Positions 18,135-25,640 of a stretch of 34,832 nucleotides of DNA are shown here, one piece after another (positions within the stretch are counted from its first letter, which is position 1; each line of letters starts with the position of its first letter). A program made the translations under genes and the position numbers. The DNA comes from Bacteroidales bacterium. Lineage in GTDB: Bacteria > Bacteroidota > Bacteroidia > Bacteroidales > UBA4417. The notes under the pieces were generated by a model that did not search any database, had not been told where the DNA came from, and was given only the letters and a program-made list of their open reading frames with translations. The DNA lies in the NCBI GenBank assembly GCA_025350385.1, contig JANXXZ010000305.1, positions 1 to 34,832 of the forward strand, read 5' to 3'.

Positions 18135-19313
18135 ATGACTGATATAGCCTTTTATTTCAAACCTGTTCACGGGATGGATCCTCCGGTTGCGCCCAATACT
18201 GTTTATAAACGGCTTGGTGAGGTTATAACAATCTATTCAGATGTGAGCCATTTCCCCTCACTTGCAGGGTTGGATATCGCAATCATTGGGGTTGATGATG
18301 ACCGTAATTCAGTGAATAATAAAGGTTGCGGAATGGCTGCCGACGCGGTACGCGATTACCTGTACCGGCTATACCCCGGTAATTATACAATCAAAATTGC
18401 AGACTTAGGAAACATAGAACGGGGGAATGAGCCCGAAGATACCTTTTTTGCCCTATCAGCGGTTATTGAAAAACTCCAGGAATCAGGAATTATTCCACTT
18501 ATTATCGGGGGAGGGCAGGAACTCACCTACGCAGTCTATAAAGCCTATAAAAATCGGGATCAGATTATAAACATAGCTGCCATTGATAATATGTTCGACC
18601 TTGGCGAAACGGAAAGACAGCTCAATTCACGATCCTATCTCAGTCATATTATCCTTCACAAGCCTAATTTTCTGTTTAATTATACCAATATCGGGTACCA
18701 GACTTACCTGGTTGACCAGGGGGCCATTGACCTGATGAGGGACCTGTTCTTTGATGTGTACCGCTTAGGCGTAGCTCGCAGTAATATGACCGAAATCGAG
18801 CCGTTGGTGCGCAATGCCGATATGCTTACCTTTGATATTTCAGCTATCCGCCAGACTGATGCCCCGGGAAACGGGAATGCAACACCTAACGGTTTTTATG
18901 GGGAAGAAGCCTGCCAGATAACCCGCTATGCCGGGATGAGCGACAAGCTGACCTGCATCGGTTTTTATGAGATGAATCCTGCCTTCGACCGCAATGGTCA
19001 GACCGCGCATTTGCTGGCACAGATGATCTGGTACTTTATTGATGGTTTTTATCACCGTCAGCACGACCACCCTGCGAATGACGCTGAGGGATTTATCCGG
19101 TACAATGTGCAGCTGATCAACCATGAAGAGGGAATAGTTTTCTATAAAAGCAAGAAAACGGACCGCTGGTGGATGGAAGTAAAATGCGCCGAGAATATTC
19201 GTGAGAAGTACCGCCGCCACTACCTGGTCCCCTGTTCCTATAATGACTATCAGACAAGCTGCGATAATGAGATCCCCGACCGCTGGTGGCAGGCCTACCA
19301 GAAACTCATGTAG
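18135..19313 (+). CDS. Arginase/formiminoglutamase-fold protein with non-canonical metal-site motifs
   Basis: 392-aa ORF. The order and spacing of the ureohydrolase motifs are recognisable, but the residues are substituted. LIIGGGQELT stands in place of GGDHS. AAIDNMFDL stands in place of DAHxD. LTFDISAIRQTDAPGNGNATPNG stands in place of SxDxDxxDPxxAPG. EMNPAFDRNGQTA resembles the C-terminal E-x-N-P...D motif. Confidence 0.75.
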   Translation: MTDIAFYFKPVHGMDPPVAPNTVYKRLGEVITIYSDVSHFPSLAGLDIAIIGVDDDRNSVNNKGCGMAADAVRDYLYRLYPGNYTIKIADLGNIERGNEPEDTFFALSAVIEKLQESGIIPLIIGGGQELTYAVYKAYKNRDQIINIAAIDNMFDLGETERQLNSRSYLSHIILHKPNFLFNYTNIGYQTYLVDQGAIDLMRDLFFDVYRLGVARSNMTEIEPLVRNADMLTFDISAIRQTDAPGNGNATPNGFYGEEACQITRYAGMSDKLTCIGFYEMNPAFDRNGQTAHLLAQMIWYFIDGFYHRQHDHPANDAEGFIRYNVQLINHEEGIVFYKSKKTDRWWMEVKCAENIREKYRRHYLVPCSYNDYQTSCDNEIPDRWWQAYQKLM

Positions 19314-19323
19314 GTTTAAGCAA

Positions 19324-19517
19324 CTTTTTCATTAAACATTAAGGGTTTTGTGTTAATCATTAATTCGTTGATAATGATTAATATATAACATAAAATGAAA
19401 AATGACTAAGGATTGGAAATCCCGAAAAACTTTAACATTATTCATTCAGGGTTTAGTGTCAATCATTAATCCGTTGATAATGAATAACACATAACATAAA
19501 ATTATAAATTGCTAAGG
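19324..19517 (+). repeat. Two tandem copies of an AT-rich imperfect-palindrome element (TAATGATTAA-type arms)
   Basis: Copy 1 spans 19324-19411 and has a core inverted repeat TTAATCATTA (19353-19362) / TAATGATTAA (19372-19381). Copy 2 spans 19430-19517. The right arms ATAATGATTAATATATAACATAAAATGAAAAATGACTAAGG and ATAATGAATAACACATAACATAAAATTATAAATTGCTAAGG align with copies at 24409, 29791 and 34772. Confidence 0.7.
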
Positions 19518-20116
19518 TGTTGAAGAGTTGATATTCTTTCAACGTGTATTACCTTTTTCAACTTATTGGATATAGTGTATGGTTACATTTATTTTTTTTT
19601 CATGTGATATTCATTTAAACAAATAAGGAATACTAACCATTAGTGTGATAATTAATTTGCTTTGCAATACAATCTATTTTTGTATTGTCGTATTTGCTAT
19701 GTGTAATAAACAGATATACAGATTTATAAAATTAAAAGCTAAGCCCAATTGTTGAAAAATTGATAATAACTATTTTGATTTTTTTTATATAACTAATAAC
19801 AAATTACGTATTTTTACCAAATTAATGCTTAATAATACTCATTTTTTTTCAGGTTCATTTAGTTGCTTTCTTGATTTTCTTCAAATATTTAAGCCATAAC
19901 TGATCTTCTATTCTTTGCAACAACTTAATTAAACCCATATCATTTTCACGATTTCAAAAAAATAACCTATTGTACCTTTAAGGATAAAAACCAGGCCTGT
20001 ATAATGAAAGGAGAAAGGCCAGCCATCCTGTTACCTCTGATCGCATCGTGCTATCACCTTCCGTTACATTTAGCACCCAATAGAAATAATCAATTTAATG
20101 ATTATTAACCGGCTTA

Positions 20117-20188
20117 TTACCGGCACAGGGGAGTTGGCTGCCTAAACCGTTGGAAGTTTTCCGGCAACCACTCCCCAGCCACCGGTAA
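20117..20188 (+). promoter_or_regulatory. 72-nt GC-rich extended hairpin, 22 nt upstream of the first T9SS cargo gene (putative leader structure)
   Basis: Hand-folded pairings: TTACCGG (20117-23) with CCGGTAA (20182-88); GGGGAGT (20128-34) with ACTCCCC (20170-76); GG (20136-37) with CC (20168-69); TGCC (20139-42) with GGCA (20163-66); and an apical GGAA/TTCC. An alternative 9-bp pairing joins CCTGTTACC (20027-35) to GGTAACAGG (20184-92). Confidence 0.3.
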
Positions 20189-20209
20189 CAGGCATAAAAT
20201 TACAAAAAC

Positions 20210-22627
20210 ATGTCTTTAAGTAAAAAAATCATTTATGGTGTCATAATAATAGTGGCATTAGGATTTAATTCAAGCGCGCATGCTCAAATGAATTATTGGA
20301 CTACCCCTCCATTTAAATTCAATATGAATCCGGCTACTCCGACAGCAACAGCTATACCTGGGTACGCTAATTCTCCTTATAAAGTAGCCAATGGTGCCTA
20401 TGATCAAAATGGGAATCTATTATTCACTGTTCAAGATGGATATATATATGGTCCTACCGGCACGTATGCTGGGAAATTAGGTGGTTATAATATGTCGGTT
20501 TGCGGCGATCAGTTTGACATCACTCGTTCAGAAGTTTCAATTGTTCCAATACCAGGTTCATGCAATCAATTCTATGTAATTTATGTCAAGGAATGTCCCA
20601 TTGCTCAAAGTGTCCTGCTGTATGTTAAGGTAGATTGCTCTGGCACTAACCCGGTTGTGATTAATTCACAAAATGTCTCGGTAATGTGCCCACCCGAACA
20701 AATTGCTCACATGGAACCGGAAGGCTTTATTATTAATTTAGACGGATCCTATGATATGACAGCATTCGCGGTATCTAAAGTTTATATTGGTTCTGGATCA
20801 ACGGCAAAAAGGTTCATTTTCTCTACGAGTGCATCTGGAATATACAGAAGTTTAATTAGCAGCACCGGAATAACTGGACCCACTTTGATTGCAACATATA
20901 GCGCCCTTGGGCTTACTTCTGGAAGTTTTGAAAGCTATGAAGCAGAACTATCAAGGGGAAGTAATATGTTTGCCTGGGTAGATGCCGCCGGAGGATCAAA
21001 AGCCCTGGCTAAAGTTCATGTGATTGGTATTAATCCGTCAACTGGTTTATGGGATTATACAGTTCAACACTATTCAATAGCAGGAGCTACAGGTATTGAA
21101 TTTAACAGTGAGGCGCTATACCCCAAATTATACGTTTCCCGCACAGGTGGGGTTTCCAAGATCAACACACAAACCCGAGTGGTAACATCAGTTACACTTC
21201 CTTCAGGAGTTGATTTGAGCAATACATTCCTTGAGTATGCTAAAAACAATAAAATTTATGGTATATCGCCAACTTTTGATCCTGAAAATAATTTAATTTC
21301 AACTACTTTAGTAGGTATATCTTCAACTGATGTTATTTCACAACTAAATGCCGGTTTCGACTCACGAAACCGAGCTCTTAATAATATTTTCACATTACCT
21401 GATCAGGTTGATGGCGATAACTATAACCAATTTATTGGCAACCCAATTGTAAGTTTAGCTGGTTTTACAATCAACAACATAACACCTTCGGGCAATTGTA
21501 CAACTCTTACCAATTTCTTTAATTGCAATCCAATCACATTTTCTGCGACATACACAGGTGGTACTCCTACGAAATATAAGTTAGTGATTAAGTCCACTGA
21601 TATTAACTGTCAGATGATTACTGGTCAAGGATATATCAACTATAATCCAACCGGAGCATGGGCATTGGGACAACCGCCTACCAACCTTGATCTTCGGACA
21701 TTGACCGATGGCGCACAACTAAACCTAAGCACTACACCTGGAAGAGTAAATATCGCTTATACAATACGCGATGCATGTGATCATGAAAGTACACTTAATT
21801 ATACTATCATGGTTAGCAGTGCCCCCCAGGCAAATATCGCACTTGAAATATATAATTCCGCTAACCCCCAAACTTATTTGGCGCCTTCTCATAGTATTTC
21901 AACGCCTGTACCTGTGGGTACTTATTCTCTGGGATATCGAATCAGCAATAGCACTGGTGTAATCACTTTCTACAGGGCAGTGATTGATGAAATTGCATCG
22001 AATGGAACAGCAACAAATATCTATGACCGATATTTGCCAATTAACGGAGTTTCAGGTCTTACATATGAAAACCTGAACAGCTATTGTGTGAGTGCTGCTG
22101 TGTGGCCTGTAAATCCTGGTTTCGGAGAGTGCAACACTGGACTTCCGGATCATGATGGCTCAACAAGTACATCAGGATACAATGGTTACACAGGTTACTT
22201 TGGTTATAATAACGGGGCTTATTCATATCACAGAACCTTTAAGTTAACTGTTTATATTGGAAATGAATGTTTGACTGTGTCCGATTACTCTTATTTATAT
22301 GTTACCACGAGAAATAAATCGGCCGTGGATGGCGTTGGTAATGAAATACTCAATAATAATGTTTCGATTGGTAATAATCTCATTGTCTTTCCAAATCCAA
22401 CATCTGACTTTGTTAGCTTTATGATTACTAACCAGATTGAAGAAAGTTACAGTTTAGTGTTAACTGATATGTATGGTAAAAGAGTAAAATTATTGCTGGA
22501 TAATGAGTCAATATCCGCTGGAACAAGCAAAAGGACTTTTTCAATAACTGATCTTCCGTCCGGTATATATCTATACCAGCTAAAATCAAAAAGCGTTAAT
22601 TGTAATGGACTGATTACAAAAAACTAA
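20210..22627 (+). CDS. Secreted protein of unknown function with T9SS type A C-terminal sorting domain (Por_Secre_tail)
   Basis: 805-aa ORF with a signal peptide (KKIIYGVIIIVALGFNSSAHAQ). The last ~85 aa (LIVFPNPTSDFVSFMI...LPSGIYLYQLKSKS...LITKN) match the TIGR04183-type CTD pattern. The remainder has no motif I can assign; the N-terminal part resembles the YDxxGNLLF-type region seen in other Bacteroidota surface proteins. Confidence 0.85.
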   Translation: MSLSKKIIYGVIIIVALGFNSSAHAQMNYWTTPPFKFNMNPATPTATAIPGYANSPYKVANGAYDQNGNLLFTVQDGYIYGPTGTYAGKLGGYNMSVCGDQFDITRSEVSIVPIPGSCNQFYVIYVKECPIAQSVLLYVKVDCSGTNPVVINSQNVSVMCPPEQIAHMEPEGFIINLDGSYDMTAFAVSKVYIGSGSTAKRFIFSTSASGIYRSLISSTGITGPTLIATYSALGLTSGSFESYEAELSRGSNMFAWVDAAGGSKALAKVHVIGINPSTGLWDYTVQHYSIAGATGIEFNSEALYPKLYVSRTGGVSKINTQTRVVTSVTLPSGVDLSNTFLEYAKNNKIYGISPTFDPENNLISTTLVGISSTDVISQLNAGFDSRNRALNNIFTLPDQVDGDNYNQFIGNPIVSLAGFTINNITPSGNCTTLTNFFNCNPITFSATYTGGTPTKYKLVIKSTDINCQMITGQGYINYNPTGAWALGQPPTNLDLRTLTDGAQLNLSTTPGRVNIAYTIRDACDHESTLNYTIMVSSAPQANIALEIYNSANPQTYLAPSHSISTPVPVGTYSLGYRISNSTGVITFYRAVIDEIASNGTATNIYDRYLPINGVSGLTYENLNSYCVSAAVWPVNPGFGECNTGLPDHDGSTSTSGYNGYTGYFGYNNGAYSYHRTFKLTVYIGNECLTVSDYSYLYVTTRNKSAVDGVGNEILNNNVSIGNNLIVFPNPTSDFVSFMITNQIEESYSLVLTDMYGKRVKLLLDNESISAGTSKRTFSITDLPSGIYLYQLKSKSVNCNGLITKN

Positions 22628-22640
22628 CCGTTCCACACTA

Positions 22641-22680
22641 CCCATATACTGTATAATTATACAGTATATGGGTTATTTTA
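22641..22680 (+). terminator. Perfect 32-bp palindrome plus T-rich tail between the two cargo genes (terminator or attenuator candidate)
   Basis: CCCATATACTGTATAA|TTATACAGTATATGGG (22641-22672) has exactly complementary arms. It is followed by TTATTTTA, and the next start codon is at 22685. Confidence 0.45.
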
Positions 22681-22684
22681 ATCG

Positions 22685-24289
22685 ATGAAAAAGATCCTAA
22701 TTTCAAGCATTTTTTTATTTGTTTTAACTATCACAGGTTCTACACAAAACCTTGTGAAGAACCCCGATTTCGAACAATATATTACTTGTCCATACACAAT
22801 CGGGAGGTTTAGTCTTTTTGTCAAGGATTGGTATGGTTTTCTTGCAGGTGATGCAAGCTACTTTAATAGTTGTGGAGTTGGTCCTAAATATAGTGTCCCC
22901 CAAAATAATTTTGGGTATCAACCTGCTCATTCAGGCGAAGGATATGTCTGCATTTGTGTTTTTAGTTGGGATCTTGATCCGGATAGAAGAATGTATATTG
23001 AAGGTTTTTTTTCAGCACCTTTACTAAAAGATACAATTTATTGTATAAACTATTACGTCAGCCTTGTTGATGTTTCTGGCGGAGCTATTCAGAACGTTGA
23101 TGCCTTGATCAGCGACACATTAATGGATTGGAATCAAGGGCAACCATATTATTTAATAAATATAATTCCACAAATCAGATCATCGCAGTTGATTACAGAT
23201 AGTGTAGGATGGACACGAATTAGTGATTTGTATATTGCACATGGAGGGGAGAAATATATAACGATTGGAAATTTCCGGTCGAATGCTACCACTAACATTA
23301 TAAAATATAAGGAATATGACCGGGTTGATTACTACGTCGATGATGTGAGCGTGGCACAGGCCGGTATGGGGTTACGATCACCCTACCTGGGCAATGATAC
23401 CGTAATTTGCCGAAGCGCCTTGCCATTGCATCTGGCAGCGCCGCCCGGTTATGATACATACGAATGGTCTAATGGCGCCAACACATCCGAAACAGATGCC
23501 ACAACGGATGGGAAGTTCTGGGTACGTTGTATTGTAAATGGCTGCGGTTCCCTTTACAGCCAAAAAATTATTTCTTTTGATACACCATTGCTTGAATTGG
23601 GAAGAGATACAGTAATTTGTAAGGGAGAAAGCATTCTTCTCTCAGCACAGGCTGGTTTCAGCAATTATTTATGGAACACCGGTGATACCACACAAACTAT
23701 CTCCGCAACAGTGGCCGGCAACTATTCCTTGCAAACGCTTGACCGCTGTGGCCCGCAATCCGACAATATCAATGTGCAGGTAGATACTATCCCAAACGGA
23801 ATTATTGAACTGGGGAAAGATACGACCCTGTGCGATCAAGGAGTGGATAAACCTGTTGTACTGATGGCCAACATCCAGTTATCCAATTATGCTTGGAGCA
23901 CTGGGGATACTTCTTTCCAGATTACGGTTACAGAACCAGGCATTTATCGATTGCAAAGCAGTTTCAGATGCGGTATTGTCAGCGACAGCATTACTGTCGA
24001 CGAATGTCCTCCAATAATATTCTTTCCTAATGCCTTCACTCCTAACAATGATGGCAGGAATGATGTATTCAGGGCAGTGGTAAGAAATGTGAAGGTAGAT
24101 AAGATGGTGATTTTCAATAGCTGGGGACAAAAGCTATTCGAAAGCATTGGCCCGTTGCCTGAATGGGACGGGACCTTCAAAGGCGAACCCGCACCTGGCG
24201 GTTTATATACATATCTGGTTTATTGTTCTGATGAAGTTAGCGGTAATAAACAGAATCAAAAAAGAGGAGTTGTGATGTTGCTGCGGTAG
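22685..24289 (+). CDS. Secreted repeat protein with T9SS type B sorting domain (gliding-motility-associated CTD, CHU_C type)
   Basis: 534-aa ORF with a signal peptide (ILISSIFLFVLTITGSTQ). The N-terminal module starts NLVKNPDFEQYITCP. Three ~65-aa repeats (LG[NRK]DT..C...Y.W[SN][NT]GD/A...C) cover aa 235-438. The C-terminus (FFPNAFTPNNDGRNDVFR...WDGTFKGEPAPGGLYTYLV) matches the TIGR04131-type domain. Confidence 0.88.
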   Translation: MKKILISSIFLFVLTITGSTQNLVKNPDFEQYITCPYTIGRFSLFVKDWYGFLAGDASYFNSCGVGPKYSVPQNNFGYQPAHSGEGYVCICVFSWDLDPDRRMYIEGFFSAPLLKDTIYCINYYVSLVDVSGGAIQNVDALISDTLMDWNQGQPYYLINIIPQIRSSQLITDSVGWTRISDLYIAHGGEKYITIGNFRSNATTNIIKYKEYDRVDYYVDDVSVAQAGMGLRSPYLGNDTVICRSALPLHLAAPPGYDTYEWSNGANTSETDATTDGKFWVRCIVNGCGSLYSQKIISFDTPLLELGRDTVICKGESILLSAQAGFSNYLWNTGDTTQTISATVAGNYSLQTLDRCGPQSDNINVQVDTIPNGIIELGKDTTLCDQGVDKPVVLMANIQLSNYAWSTGDTSFQITVTEPGIYRLQSSFRCGIVSDSITVDECPPIIFFPNAFTPNNDGRNDVFRAVVRNVKVDKMVIFNSWGQKLFESIGPLPEWDGTFKGEPAPGGLYTYLVYCSDEVSGNKQNQKRGVVMLLR

Positions 24290-24308
24290 GTTATTAAGTG
24301 GTTAATTT

Positions 24309-24449
24309 CTTTAATATTAAACATCAAGTGTTTGATGTTAATCATTATTTCATTAATCTGGACAGCTACTTTTGTCTTATTCCTTTTGTCTTGTATCTTT
24401 TGAGGCTGATAATGATTAACATATAACATTTAATAAAAAATGAATAAGG
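24309..24449. repeat. AT-rich palindromic element with a CTTTTGTCTT tandem module nested in its loop
   Basis: The core is a perfect 14-bp inverted repeat, ATGTTAATCATTAT (24335-24348) / ATAATGATTAACAT (24409-24422). The 60-nt loop contains CTTTTGTCTTATTCCTTTTGTCTTGTATCTTTTG (24369-24402). The 19-mer AATGATTAACATATAACAT (24411-24429) is identical to 34774-34792. Confidence 0.75.
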
Positions 24450-24473
24450 AAATTTTTCTTTTTTAAAAAAGGT

Positions 24474-24869
24474 CTATTTCCCCACCATTTCATGAGGCCG
24501 CCCGCGCAGCGCGCTCCAGGTTTCATCAATGGCTACCTGGGTAACGGGGCGGAGGTGGATCAGTTCCAAGGCTTTCCAAACTGTGTCGCGTCTAATATCA
24601 GACTTAATTGTGCCTCCTCCTTTCGGGTAACAAATCCAGAAAGTGCAATCATATTTCAAGGCATTGCCAAGTTTGATCACCTCATTTTCCATTTCATTCT
24701 GAGAAGTGGCAAATAACTGAACATAATCATACCGTTGATCCGGATTTTCGGGGAGAACTGCATCGTATTTTAAACCTGCCACAAAAAAAGTGAATTCTGC
24801 CGGAGGATTCAGAATCAGCATCTTCTGCGTAATGTTAATTTTCAGCTTCTTAAAAAGTTCAGTGCTCAT
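24474..24869 (-). CDS. Small conserved protein of unknown function
   Basis: 131-aa ORF with no overlapping competitor. The motif FWICYPKGGG.IKSDI.RD..W....L..LRPV.QVAIDETWSALRGRP resembles a widespread uncharacterised family that, from memory, is annotated as DUF3052-like. This is not verified. Confidence 0.65.
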   Translation of the reverse strand: MSTELFKKLKINITQKMLILNPPAEFTFFVAGLKYDAVLPENPDQRYDYVQLFATSQNEMENEVIKLGNALKYDCTFWICYPKGGGTIKSDIRRDTVWKALELIHLRPVTQVAIDETWSALRGRPHEMVGK

Positions 24870-24963
24870 AGGAATTTAAATTTGAATTTTGAGCCTGATT
24901 CTGATGCTGGTAAACCATCTGAAACGACTGAATAACCAGATCCTATATCCGCCATCCTCCCTC

Positions 24964-25018
24964 AAATCCGAAATCCGAAATCAACAATCCGAAATTCTCA
25001 ACTCCTTGTCCCCTCGTC
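24964..25018 (+). repeat. AAATCCG heptamer module followed by an inverted GGGGACAAGG-type unit
   Basis: AAATCCG AAATCCG AAATCAACAATCCGAAAT spans 24964-24995. CCTTGTCCCCTCGTC (25004-25018) is the reverse complement of GACGAGGGGACAAGG; compare 34609-34663. AAATCCGAAATCCGAA recurs at 34817-34832. Confidence 0.6.
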
Positions 25019-25033
25019 TGCGGAAAAAGGCTC

Positions 25034-25591
25034 TCACTTCCCCGCCACCTTATCCGGGTTATTACTCACAAACGCTGCCCAGCCCGAATAGCTTTTTTTC
25101 TGTTCCCCCGGCGAACGCTGAAAGTAATGGCAACAAGCCACGGCAACAGCATCGGTGGCATCAAAATATTTAGGTTGTTCAGCAATTACAAAAAGCCTGT
25201 TCAGCATAGCCGAGACCTGCTCCTTGGATGCATTGCCGCGCCCGGTAATGGATTGTTTTACCTTGCGCGGCGAATATTCAAAGATCGGAATATCGCGGTA
25301 CAGGGCAGCCGCCATGGCCACGCCCTGGGCACGGCCCAGTTTGAGCATACTCTGAACATTCTTGCCGAAAAAAGGTGCTTCAAGGGCTACCTCATCCGGA
25401 TGATAGGCATCAATCAACCCGAGGACCTTCTCAAAAATATGTTTCAGTTTCAGAGGATGGGTGTCAAGATGATCGAGTTTTATGACATCAAGCGCTATGA
25501 GTTCTATTTTCTTACCTTTATCGAGAATTAATCCGAAACCCATGATATTGGTTCCGGGGTCAATGCCCAGAATGATGCGGTCAGTTGGCAA
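25034..25591 (-). CDS. ruvC: Crossover junction endodeoxyribonuclease RuvC
   Basis: 185-aa ORF with the catalytic N-terminus RIILGIDPGTNIMGFGLI, EVALEAPFFGKNVQS, and the C-terminal DATDAVAVACCH typical of RuvC. Confidence 0.92.
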   Translation of the reverse strand: MPTDRIILGIDPGTNIMGFGLILDKGKKIELIALDVIKLDHLDTHPLKLKHIFEKVLGLIDAYHPDEVALEAPFFGKNVQSMLKLGRAQGVAMAAALYRDIPIFEYSPRKVKQSITGRGNASKEQVSAMLNRLFVIAEQPKYFDATDAVAVACCHYFQRSPGEQKKSYSGWAAFVSNNPDKVAGK

Positions 25592-25640
25592 GGTGTAAGA
25601 GTTTTAGTGTATTTACCTGTATTTTAATTTAAGCTGAATC

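Noticed and set aside
20004-20108. 34-codon ORF MKGERPAILLPLIASCYHLPLHLAPNRNNQFNDY with a lipobox-like IASC in the long spacer
   Set aside because: It is too short to support without conservation or expression data, and it overlaps the GC-rich segment that is better explained as RNA structure. I keep it only as a possibility.
19314-24449. The T9SS cargo cassette as a bona fide mobile genetic element
   Set aside because: There is no integrase, transposase, tRNA attachment site or direct-repeat target duplication visible in the window. Only the flanking repeat copies support the idea, so it is reported as a hypothesis and not annotated as a mobile element.
24458-24471. CTTTTTTAAAAAAG palindrome as a terminator for the convergent genes
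   Set aside because: The stem is pure A/T and has no loop. It is thermodynamically too weak, and the adjacent large palindromic element is a better candidate.
24889-25173. 94-aa plus-strand ORF spanning the AAATCCG module and the 3' end of ruvC
   Set aside because: The translation (SEIRNQQSEILN) is repeat-derived and low in complexity. The remainder is antisense to the well-supported ruvC.
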